Source: a virus
Taxonomy: Duplodnaviria; Caudoviricetes
Direction: 5' to 3' (one strand)
IMG/VR virus record: IMGVR_UViG_3300033475_000038
Span: 1 to 49,395 of that record
Length of the DNA stretch: 49,395 nt
Below the pieces are notes generated by a model. The model was not told the origin of the DNA and did no database searches. It saw only the letters and a program-made list of their open reading frames with translations. Positions 8,129-16,489 of the stretch are shown here, piece by piece. The position numbers and the translations under genes are program-made. The stretch's first letter is position 1. The number at the start of each line of letters is the position of its first letter.

Positions 8129-9571
8129 ATGAAGCGTCTGCTTCAGTCGCGCCTCGCTGGGTTCCTCGCGGTCGCCCTGGTCATGGGCGTCGCGATGCTG
8201 GTCGGCGCTCCCGCCGCTCACGCATCGCCGCTGCTCATGGGCGTCACGACGGACACGACGGCGCTCGACAACCTGATGAAGATCATCTACTCGGACCCGC
8301 TCATTGTGGACATCGTGAACGACTCCGAGCTGATGGACATGTTCAAGACCGACTTCAACGTGAAAACCGACGAGACGACGGGCGGGAAGTACATCGAGAC
8401 CGCTCACTACATCCGTCTCGCTGGTGCTGCTGGTGCGCGCGCCGAGAACGACTACATCCCGGTGCCGCAGAACCCGAAGGCGTTCAACGGCCGGATCTTC
8501 CTCAAGAAGATCATGGGCGTGGTCGAGATGACCGGCGACACGATGGACCGTGTCGTGGGCGACGAGGGCTCGTTCATCAACTTCATGGAGCGCGCGCTGC
8601 CGGACACGAAGGAGCGCGTCGTGAACGAGATGGATCGCATGTACATCGGCTTCGGCGCGGGCATCAAGGCGCGCGTCAAGGCCGGATGGGTTGCCGGTGG
8701 TCGCGTCACCACGGCGCTCACGATCGACCGCGCGCTCGGGGTCACGGGCTACGAGGACGCCTGGCTCCAGTTCCAGGAAGGCGAGACGATCGTGTTCTCG
8801 TCCACGGCGGCGGGCACGGCGCTCCGCAACCCCGGCTCCACGCAGGCCGCGCTCGTCGAGGACATCGACGAGAGCGCGAACACGTTGTCGCTGACGCTGG
8901 ATGCCGCGCTGACGGCCGCCATCGCCGACGACGACTACATCTTCAGCGGTGACCAGGCGGGCACGGCGTCGCAGAACAGCGGCGTCGATCGCGAACTGGC
9001 GGGGCTCCTCGCGGCCGTCGATGACGGCGGCATCCTGCCGGTGTACAACAACGTCACGCGAGCGGGGAACCGCTCGTTCAACAGCCGCATCATCGACGCC
9101 TCGGGCGCACCGTACAACGGTGAGCTGACCGAGGAGCTGCTGATCGTCGCGGATGCGGTGACGATCTCCTCGGCCGCCGCGAAGATCGACGCGCTGGTCG
9201 TGTCGCCGCACGCCTCGATCGGCTACTGGCGCGACGTGGTCGGCGATCGAATGATCGCAGACGCCCGGAACTTCACGGGCGGCAAGGGCAAGATGGCGGT
9301 GCAGCTCGGTGACCGCATCATCCCCTTCCGGTCGGCGCGCAAGCTGCCCCCGCAGATCGCGTTCGGGCTCACCACCTCCACGTTCCGCCGCTTCACGCTG
9401 AACACCTGGGAGTGGATCAACCGCCAGGGCTCGATCTGGAACCTCGTGACGGACAACGTGGGCCGGAAGGATGCGTACTTCGCCTTCGGCAAGCTGTACG
9501 AACAGCTCGCGTGCCTCGTGCCGCGCCGCAACTTCCGCATCGAGGGGCTGAACCGGCAGTTCGATTACTGA
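8129..9571 (+). CDS. Major capsid protein (HK97 fold) with hydrophobic N-terminal extension
   Basis: AGGAG RBS; synteny; AGARAENDYIP, MDRMYIGFGAG, ELAGLLAAVD and C-terminal LACLVPRRNFRIEGL are typical of P22/T7-like coats. Confidence 0.85.
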   Translation: MKRLLQSRLAGFLAVALVMGVAMLVGAPAAHASPLLMGVTTDTTALDNLMKIIYSDPLIVDIVNDSELMDMFKTDFNVKTDETTGGKYIETAHYIRLAGAAGARAENDYIPVPQNPKAFNGRIFLKKIMGVVEMTGDTMDRVVGDEGSFINFMERALPDTKERVVNEMDRMYIGFGAGIKARVKAGWVAGGRVTTALTIDRALGVTGYEDAWLQFQEGETIVFSSTAAGTALRNPGSTQAALVEDIDESANTLSLTLDAALTAAIADDDYIFSGDQAGTASQNSGVDRELAGLLAAVDDGGILPVYNNVTRAGNRSFNSRIIDASGAPYNGELTEELLIVADAVTISSAAAKIDALVVSPHASIGYWRDVVGDRMIADARNFTGGKGKMAVQLGDRIIPFRSARKLPPQIAFGLTTSTFRRFTLNTWEWINRQGSIWNLVTDNVGRKDAYFAFGKLYEQLACLVPRRNFRIEGLNRQFDY

Positions 9572-9579
9572 TCTCTAAT

Positions 9580-9621
9580 CCCGGCGGTGCGCTCCGACAG
9601 GCACCGCCGGGCAACCTCTTT
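9580..9621 (+). terminator. Stem-loop after the capsid gene (weak terminator or stabiliser)
   Basis: CCCGGCGGTGC-(10 nt)-GCACCGCCGGG forms an 11-bp perfect stem with a short, interrupted U-tract (CAACCTCTTT). Confidence 0.6.
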
Positions 9622-9632
9622 CGGAGCGAGCA

Positions 9633-10505
9633 ATGCCTCGGTTTCAGGACCGCAACATCGACCAAAACTCGTCGTATCCCCTGCGCCAGCTCAACCTGCC
9701 GCTCTCGACGATCGCGGTGTCGCAGACGAAGCGGGCGATCTGGGTCCACAAGTTCACGCGCGCCGTGAAGCTGCACCTCTTGAGCGTGTACGCGACGGGC
9801 GTGACGGCGGCGCTGGAGTTCTTCTACTACATCACGAGCGGCAACCAGCCGATGCAGGCGGCCGTGATCGTCGTCGATGCGGTGCCGGAGAAGTACAAGA
9901 ACACGGCCGTCTCCCGCTATCTCACGACGGCGGGCGTGTTCAAGGAGATCGCGGCCAACACGGCGCAGACGTTCACCGCCGCGCACACGATCAACAACGC
10001 GGCGGCCGGGCAGGTCTGGGGGACGATCCTCATCCAGCAGAACGCCGCCGATGGCGTGCTCTCGACGAAGGTCATCACCGCCGACCAGGCGTACGCGACG
10101 AAGGCTGCCGCCGAAGCCGCAGCGGCGACCGTCGCCCCGGACGCGGGCAAGTTCATCGTCGGCGCGATCACGATCCAGACGAAGAACAACACGAAGTGGA
10201 CCGCCAACACGGACGACATGACGGCGGCGAGCGACGTGGCAGCGGTCACGTTCTACGGCACGGGCGCGGGGCTCAGCAGCGGTGTCAGCTTCACCGGCAC
10301 CGTGCTCACGCCGAGCGCCGACGTGGTGCCGGTCGCGTTCACCGAGACCGTCGAGGATACCTACGGGCCTCGCGTGCATCGCGAGAACCAGTTCGGCGTC
10401 CTGTGCTACACGAGCGACGGCACGGGCGCGGCGGTGAATCCGGCGGTGAAGCTGGAGTTCCTGCCGTGGCCGATCCGGGGTGACAGCGTCGCCACGGACG
10501 TGTGA
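9633..10505 (+). CDS. Virion structural protein (capsid decoration/cement candidate)
   Basis: Directly follows the capsid gene; A/T/V-rich beta composition; GGAG RBS. Confidence 0.6.
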   Translation: MPRFQDRNIDQNSSYPLRQLNLPLSTIAVSQTKRAIWVHKFTRAVKLHLLSVYATGVTAALEFFYYITSGNQPMQAAVIVVDAVPEKYKNTAVSRYLTTAGVFKEIAANTAQTFTAAHTINNAAAGQVWGTILIQQNAADGVLSTKVITADQAYATKAAAEAAAATVAPDAGKFIVGAITIQTKNNTKWTANTDDMTAASDVAAVTFYGTGAGLSSGVSFTGTVLTPSADVVPVAFTETVEDTYGPRVHRENQFGVLCYTSDGTGAAVNPAVKLEFLPWPIRGDSVATDV

Positions 10506-11104
10506 TGCAGCGGCTCGTACAGTTCGACAACGCGGAGGCACGCCCCACTCCGCTGCTGCTCCTGGCCGACCTGCGGATGATTGATCCGCAGGTCGAGCTG
10601 GTCTACGTCGGCGAGGGTCGCTGGTGGTTGGGGGCGATCAAGCCGAACGACGAGCGCCGACGAAAGGGAGAGCTGATCGCGAAGCAGATGGACATGCTGC
10701 CGATCGAGCACCAGAAACTCCCGACGATCCAGCGCAATAAGATGCTTGCGAGATTGCTCATGCAAGGGTTCGCACGCATTGAAGAATACTTCGCGCCCGG
10801 CGATCCGTCTGGTGACGTGATCGCCCAGCGCGGCACCGACCACGAGTACCACTGCCTCATGGTGCGCGACTTCCAGGAGCGCGACTTCGTGTTCCGCTCC
10901 GAGGAGCAGCGCAAGGCCAAGGAGGCGCGGGTGCTCGATGAAGTGACCGGCGCGGAGGAAAAGCGGGCGAGCGACGCGAACTTCCGCGACTACATCCTCA
11001 ACGACGGCCGCGATCACTGGCACCGGCAGGCGCGTGACCGAAAGAACTTCGGGCGCGGCGGCATGACGGGCGGCCGTGGCAGCGGTCTCATTCTAGGAGT
11101 CTGA
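10505..11104 (+). CDS. Hypothetical protein
   Basis: TGATG coupling and natural composition. Confidence 0.7.
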   Translation: MQRLVQFDNAEARPTPLLLLADLRMIDPQVELVYVGEGRWWLGAIKPNDERRRKGELIAKQMDMLPIEHQKLPTIQRNKMLARLLMQGFARIEEYFAPGDPSGDVIAQRGTDHEYHCLMVRDFQERDFVFRSEEQRKAKEARVLDEVTGAEEKRASDANFRDYILNDGRDHWHRQARDRKNFGRGGMTGGRGSGLILGV

Positions 11105-11106
11105 GC

Positions 11107-11739
11107 ATGGACGCACAGCGTCTCGGTCCAGCGCACGGCCCGCGCGTCATCGGGCAGGAAGCGTTCGATCGCGAGCAGAAGAAGTTCACCGAGGGCGCGC
11201 ACAAGTTTGGCCCGCGCGTTCGCGGCTCCTCCCCCTCGACCGCTCCGCAGCCCGGCGCGGTCGTGAAGCATGGCGAGAAGATCGGCGGCACGCCGGACAC
11301 GCCGGACGTGCTCCCTTTGGACCAGCTCCAGAAGGCGCTGACGGAGAACCCGTCGTTCTTCGACGGCCTCTACGAAGCGGAGCTGAGCCGACCGGATGGC
11401 GCACGCCCGAAGGCGTTGGCGCTGTTCCGCACGGTGGAGATGCAGCAGCAGCGGCGCACCGACGTGATCGAGGAGATCGACAGCCTCCTCGCGTCGAAGC
11501 AGCCCGAAGTCAGTGGACCGACGACGGACGAGCCGAAGCCCGAGACCGACGAGAGCAGCGAGCCCGAGACCGAGACCGAGGAGGTCGAGGTGGACGAGCT
11601 GAGCAAGGCCGAACTGGAAGCCAAGTTCGCCGAGCTGGGTGGAGACCCGACGACCATCAAAGCAACGGGTCGCGGGGGTCGCACCGTTCGTGAGGATATT
11701 CTGAAGGCCGTCAAGAAACTCCTCAAGGCGCAGGGCTGA
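11107..11739 (+). CDS. Hypothetical protein with acidic linker and C-terminal E3-binding (PSBD)-like domain
   Basis: AGGAG RBS; C-terminal GGDPTTIKATGRGGRTVREDILKAV resembles GVDL..VKGTGPGGRITKEDV. Confidence 0.7.
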   Translation: MDAQRLGPAHGPRVIGQEAFDREQKKFTEGAHKFGPRVRGSSPSTAPQPGAVVKHGEKIGGTPDTPDVLPLDQLQKALTENPSFFDGLYEAELSRPDGARPKALALFRTVEMQQQRRTDVIEEIDSLLASKQPEVSGPTTDEPKPETDESSEPETETEEVEVDELSKAELEAKFAELGGDPTTIKATGRGGRTVREDILKAVKKLLKAQG

Positions 11740-11740
11740 C

Positions 11741-12412
11741 ATGACGATCCGGGCGGGCAACGTCATCGACGCGGCGCGTGATAGGCACGCAGCCTTTGAT
11801 CCGAAGCATCACCCGAACAAGGGGGCGCTCCGGATCTTGTCGCAGTATGCGAAGCGGCTGCACGGGAAGATCTCGCAGATCGACCCGAACCTGGTCACGG
11901 TCGTCGATACGGTGGCGTTGCCCCTCGCGGATTTCACTGTGGGCATTCCGCTCACGAGCGCGCGGCTCGTGCTGGATGTGCAGGCGCACTTCGCCAACCA
12001 GACGACCGTGCCGAAGGACCCGTATCAGGTGCGGCTCATCGACTTTCAGCAGCGCAACGCGCCGAACGCGCCCCGCGCCGCGTGCTGGCAGGTGGGCTCC
12101 ACGCTCTACTTGCGGCCGATCTCGACGATCTGGTCGAACTTCGATTCGGTCGAGATCACGACCTCGACGGTGCCCGCCGACCTCGCGGACCTCGACGACA
12201 CGGTCGCGCTGCCCGACATCGCCGAGCTGGCGTGCGTCGAGCGCGTCGCTCTGTTCTTCGCGAACCGCGAGGTGCAGGAGCGGCCGGATTCCAAGATCAA
12301 CATTAGCATCTTCGCACAGACGCTCGGCTCCGCCGAGACGGACTTCCTCACCGACATCGGCAACAACGTCGGCGCGCGCTCCTTCTTCACCGAGGACGTG
12401 TATCGCCCATGA
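11741..12412 (+). CDS. Head-tail adaptor/ring protein 1
   Basis: 223 aa; N-terminal helices, beta insert (WQVGSTLYLRP), PADL..LDDTVALP, C-terminal helices. Confidence 0.6.
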   Translation: MTIRAGNVIDAARDRHAAFDPKHHPNKGALRILSQYAKRLHGKISQIDPNLVTVVDTVALPLADFTVGIPLTSARLVLDVQAHFANQTTVPKDPYQVRLIDFQQRNAPNAPRAACWQVGSTLYLRPISTIWSNFDSVEITTSTVPADLADLDDTVALPDIAELACVERVALFFANREVQERPDSKINISIFAQTLGSAETDFLTDIGNNVGARSFFTEDVYRP

Positions 12413-13080
12413 GCACCCCGAGCGACATCCTCACCCGCGCGTTCGGCTACTCGACGAAGAACAAGCCGTCGTTCCTCACCGACAAGGCCGACGAGCTGCG
12501 CTTCGTCGTCGTCGATGCGATGCGCGCGCTCTATCTGCTGAGCGCGAAGGTGAACCCCGAGCGGTTCTCGAAGCACACGATCGTGAACGTCTCGACGGGC
12601 GGCTGGACGCTGCCGACCGACGCGCTCGCCGTGTTCCGGCTGGAGGACAACGTCGGCAACGAGATCATCATCGTGCCGCGCTCGCAGCTCAAGGCCGACG
12701 AGGGGCGCGGCGCGGTGTGGACTGAGGGGAACCGCTACTTCTCGGCAGGCAACCCGCTCGACCCGACCTCGGGCTCGATCACGTTCTTCTACACGAAAAC
12801 GCCGGACGTGCCGGGCGACATCAACTCGAACCTCGACGCGCTCTGGCCGACGACGTTCGACCGCCTGCTCGCGCTGGAGTCGGCGATGTATCTCGCCGCG
12901 CAGGACGGCCGCGCTGATGACGTGGCGGCGCTCCAGCCGATGCGCGACGGTTGGGCGACCAGCTTCATCACCTGGCTCGATGTCGCCAACTCGAACGTCG
13001 TCCGGCAGTACGGCAACACGCGCAACATCAACATCCCGGATCTCATCCGCACGACTCTCATCACCGGACCCGCCGCATGA
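12409..13080 (+). CDS. Head-tail adaptor/ring protein 2
   Basis: 223 aa; WTLPTDALAVFRLE, ITFFYTKTP, LWPTTFDRLLALESA; same architecture as its neighbours. Confidence 0.6.
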   Translation: MSTPSDILTRAFGYSTKNKPSFLTDKADELRFVVVDAMRALYLLSAKVNPERFSKHTIVNVSTGGWTLPTDALAVFRLEDNVGNEIIIVPRSQLKADEGRGAVWTEGNRYFSAGNPLDPTSGSITFFYTKTPDVPGDINSNLDALWPTTFDRLLALESAMYLAAQDGRADDVAALQPMRDGWATSFITWLDVANSNVVRQYGNTRNINIPDLIRTTLITGPAA

Positions 13081-13751
13081 CCGCAGAGGAGATGGCGATC
13101 CTGGCGCTCGCGCGCACGAGCGAGATCACGGAGCACTACCCGGCGACGCGCTCGACGATGTACCGGCGCATGGGGCTGCGGCAGCGCGAGCTGATGACGC
13201 TCGCGGCGAAGGCCAACCCCGACTACTACGGCGTCTGCGCGCTCTCGAATCTCGACTCGAACACGGCGACGGACCTGAACGACATCATCGAGCCGGTGCC
13301 GACGCCCGAGCTGATCTCGCTCGTCAAGATCGAGGACCCCGGCACCTCGCAGTGGGCGGCGGGCACGGAGATCAACATCGTCCCGGCGGCGCAGAAGGAC
13401 TGCGAGCTGCCGCCTCGTGCGACGTTGCGAGATCTCGTATTGCAGGGTGTGGATACGGATCTCGTCGGCGTCACCTCGGTCGAGATCCTGTACTCGCGCA
13501 TCGCGGCGGCCTTCGGCCCCTTCGACGGCGACTCGGTGCTGGAGCTGCAAGCGCCCTGGGATGAGCTGCTGGTGATCGACCTGACGAAGCACCTGCTCGG
13601 GAAGGCGACGCGGCTGCCGCAGGACATCCAGCAGGCCGCCATCGCCGCGCTCGACAAGGAGGAAGCGCCGATCCTCACGGCGTACATCGACCACGTCACG
13701 AACTACGCGCCGCTCACGACGCGCTTCACTCGGAGGGTTGCCCGCACATGA
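13077..13751 (+). CDS. Head-tail adaptor/ring protein 3
   Basis: 224 aa from ATG 13077 (ATGA coupling); VEILYSR, LQAPWDELLVIDLT. Confidence 0.6.
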   Translation: MTAEEMAILALARTSEITEHYPATRSTMYRRMGLRQRELMTLAAKANPDYYGVCALSNLDSNTATDLNDIIEPVPTPELISLVKIEDPGTSQWAAGTEINIVPAAQKDCELPPRATLRDLVLQGVDTDLVGVTSVEILYSRIAAAFGPFDGDSVLELQAPWDELLVIDLTKHLLGKATRLPQDIQQAAIAALDKEEAPILTAYIDHVTNYAPLTTRFTRRVART

Positions 13752-14173
13752 TCGTCCGGCTGAACACCGCGCTGCGGAACGTCATCCTCGACTGCATGTT
13801 CAACACGGGGAGCGCCATTGCGTTCTTCGATAACGGCACCGTCGAGTTTCGCACCGGGGCGCAGCCCGCCTCGGCTGACAATGCGGCGACGGGCACGGTC
13901 GTCTCGACGGTCTCGCTTCCGGCCGACGCGATGGCGGCGGCGAGCGGCGGCTCGATCTCGAAGAACGTCACGGCCTGGGAGGACACGAGCGCCGACAACG
14001 CGGGCACGATCGGCTACGCGCGCTTCAAGTCGAACGGCGGCACGTACGTGATGGACATCGACGTGACGGTCACGGGCGGCGGCGGCGGCATCACCGTCGA
14101 TAACCCGGCGCTGCTCGCGGGCCAGGACTTCCAGGTCAGCTCGTTCACGCTCACCATGCCCGCCTCGTCGTGA
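13748..14173 (+). CDS. Small virion/tail protein
   Basis: RTGAQPASADNAATGT, ADNAGTIGYARF and SSFTLTMP are typical of a widespread phage tail-associated beta protein. Confidence 0.65.
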   Translation: MIVRLNTALRNVILDCMFNTGSAIAFFDNGTVEFRTGAQPASADNAATGTVVSTVSLPADAMAAASGGSISKNVTAWEDTSADNAGTIGYARFKSNGGTYVMDIDVTVTGGGGGITVDNPALLAGQDFQVSSFTLTMPASS

Positions 14174-15180
14174 GCAACATCGTCGCGGATCGCGTCAAGG
14201 AGAGCACGACCACCACCGGCACGGGCGACATCACCCTGGCCGGGGCGGCTGCCGCGCACCGCACCTTCGGCTCGGTCTGCGCGGACGGCGACATCGTGCC
14301 GTACTGCATCGCCGGGCCGAGCGAGTGGGAGGTCGGCGTCGGCATGTACGTCGCCTCCGGCACGAAGCTGACGCGCCTGGAGGTTCACGGCAGCTCGAAC
14401 GCCAACGCGCTCGTGAACTTCAGCTCGGGCTCGAAGGACGTGTTCCTCACGGTCGTCTCGCGGCAGCTCGATGCCATCGCCGCGTTCCCGATCACGTCGA
14501 ACCTCTACGCGCGCTACAGCGCCCGGCGTTCGCGGATCGACCTGGACACCAACGGCTACGTCACGAAGTGGTACGACATCAGCGGCAACGCGCGCGACTC
14601 CGACACCGCTGCGGCGAATAAGTGCAAGTACATGGACCGGGTGCTCAACAACAAGTATCCGGCCGTGGTGAACACCAGCTCGAACACGCTCAAGTTCTCC
14701 GCGCTCGCCGCGCAGGGCTCGCCGTTCACCTGCACGCTCGTGTTCATCGTGCAGAACATGAAGGGCTTCTCGGGCAACGGGCACCTGTATAATTGGGCGG
14801 GCAACCCGATCGGCTTCGGCCCGGCGTCGCCGCTCGATCGCATGTACAACGGCACGCTCCCGGCCGCGCACCCCGGCGGCGCAGGCGTGAACGACGCCGA
14901 TCTCCCGCCGCAGTTCCTCGCGCACCCGGCGGTCGTGATCCACGCCTTCAACGGCGCGTCCTCGATCCAGTCGATCAACAACCGCGAAGTCACCGTCTCG
15001 CCCGGCACGACGGCGGGCGGCGCGACGAACGAGTTCCGGATCTTCCAGAGCAACACCGGCACCGATGTCGCGAAGGGCATGATCGGCGAGTTCTTCATCG
15101 TCACCGCCTTCCTCAACTCGACCGATCGCCTGAAGATCGTGCGCTGGGCCGAGGCCGAGTGGGGGATTCGTAGCCCGTGA
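14170..15180 (+). CDS. Tail fibre/spike-like protein with C-terminal LamG/ConA-like domain
   Basis: N-terminal ADRVKESTTTTGTG..EWEVGVG..SSNANALVNFSSGSKDVF attachment domain; C-terminal WYDISGNAR ... GMIGEFFIV...WG. Confidence 0.7.
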   Translation: MSNIVADRVKESTTTTGTGDITLAGAAAAHRTFGSVCADGDIVPYCIAGPSEWEVGVGMYVASGTKLTRLEVHGSSNANALVNFSSGSKDVFLTVVSRQLDAIAAFPITSNLYARYSARRSRIDLDTNGYVTKWYDISGNARDSDTAAANKCKYMDRVLNNKYPAVVNTSSNTLKFSALAAQGSPFTCTLVFIVQNMKGFSGNGHLYNWAGNPIGFGPASPLDRMYNGTLPAAHPGGAGVNDADLPPQFLAHPAVVIHAFNGASSIQSINNREVTVSPGTTAGGATNEFRIFQSNTGTDVAKGMIGEFFIVTAFLNSTDRLKIVRWAEAEWGIRSP

Positions 15181-15593
15181 TCCCCGGCGGCTTTCCGGTC
15201 GCTGGCGCACCGCTCGCCGAGGGCGTCGAGTCACCCGGCGCGATCGGCAACGCGACGCTGCCGATGTTCACCTCGGACGCGAGCGGGCTCGCGCGCGCGA
15301 CGGCGATGTCGTCGGCGTTCCTTCCGGCGATGGGTCCGGCGAGTGGCGCGGCAGCGGCTCCGGCCGAAGGAACCGGGGCAGCCATCCTGCCGATGTTCAC
15401 CTCCGTCGCTCCAGCCAAAGCGCGAGCGACCGCGCGCGGTGCGGCCCTGCTGCCCATGCTGACCGCGAACATCACGATGAATACAGCGGCAAGGCGTAGC
15501 CTCCGATCGTGGCAGCAATGCCCACGCCCGGCCTCCGGCTTCACGGTGTGCGCCGACGTAACGGTCGGTTCGCTGCGCGAGGGACCGCAATGA
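15177..15593 (+). CDS. Ala-rich virion-associated protein with LPM(F/L)T repeats
   Basis: GTGA coupling; repeats ATLPMFTS, AILPMFTS and ALLPMLTA. Confidence 0.55.
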   Translation: MIPGGFPVAGAPLAEGVESPGAIGNATLPMFTSDASGLARATAMSSAFLPAMGPASGAAAAPAEGTGAAILPMFTSVAPAKARATARGAALLPMLTANITMNTAARRSLRSWQQCPRPASGFTVCADVTVGSLREGPQ

Positions 15594-16489
15594 CCTGGAA
15601 CGAGAGCACGCCGACCACTGGCTCGCTCCGGCAGGGGCCGTTCGATCCGGGGCCGCCGCTCGATCCGATTCCGGTTGACGAGGTCTGGGAGAACTGCCCC
15701 GACCAGGTCGTCGGCTCGCTGCGCCAGGGCGCGCGCACGATCGCGCCGAACCTCGGCATCGGGCTCGGCGGCGGCGCATCGCTCGACCTCTCGTGCCCCG
15801 AGAACAACGCGCAGCTCCTCGCGAACGGGGTGTCGCCGCAGTGCGTCTCGCGGCAGGGTCGCTCGCTCTACTCGGGCGTCGGTTCCGGCCAGGCTCCCGG
15901 CGCGAGCGGTCACACGGTCTACAAGGGTCGGCCGTGCGGCTGGATGGAAGCGCAGGGCGCGGGGCGCTCGGAGATCGGACTCGCGTGGATCGACTTCCAT
16001 CGGCAGCGCGGCGGCGCGGAGTTCCGGGGCGACCGCGCGTGCTGGCGCGTCAAGGGGCTCATGGCGTTCGAGCCCACGGGCTCCGGCGACATCGGGCTCA
16101 TGATGAAGCTGGAGAACGACACGAACGCGATCAAAACCGGCACGGGCGCGGGACTCTTGCTGCGGCCGGACGCGACCAACGTCGTGACGTTCTACGCGCG
16201 CGCGGTCGGCGGCGGCGGGCTCACGCACTCCGACGCGCTGCCGATCGACCTCGATGTCTCGGACTTCAACATGTACGAGTATCGGTTCCTCGGCGCGACC
16301 GACGACCAGCCCGCGATTTTCAAGATTCTCATTAACGACATCTTGCTGCTCCAGGAGGACTTCGAGTCCGGCCTCCTGCCGGGCGGCGCGATGCAGTGCT
16401 GGTTCGGCACGCGCGCGGGCGGCAAGATGTACACGGCGATGATGGGGGTGAACATCAAGGCCGGACCCACGGAGGACTCGCTGCTATGA
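15590..16489 (+). CDS. Virion protein with lectin-like beta-sandwich (paralogue A)
   Basis: ATGA coupling; C-terminal half aligns by eye with the next gene. Confidence 0.6.
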   Translation: MTWNESTPTTGSLRQGPFDPGPPLDPIPVDEVWENCPDQVVGSLRQGARTIAPNLGIGLGGGASLDLSCPENNAQLLANGVSPQCVSRQGRSLYSGVGSGQAPGASGHTVYKGRPCGWMEAQGAGRSEIGLAWIDFHRQRGGAEFRGDRACWRVKGLMAFEPTGSGDIGLMMKLENDTNAIKTGTGAGLLLRPDATNVVTFYARAVGGGGLTHSDALPIDLDVSDFNMYEYRFLGATDDQPAIFKILINDILLLQEDFESGLLPGGAMQCWFGTRAGGKMYTAMMGVNIKAGPTEDSLL

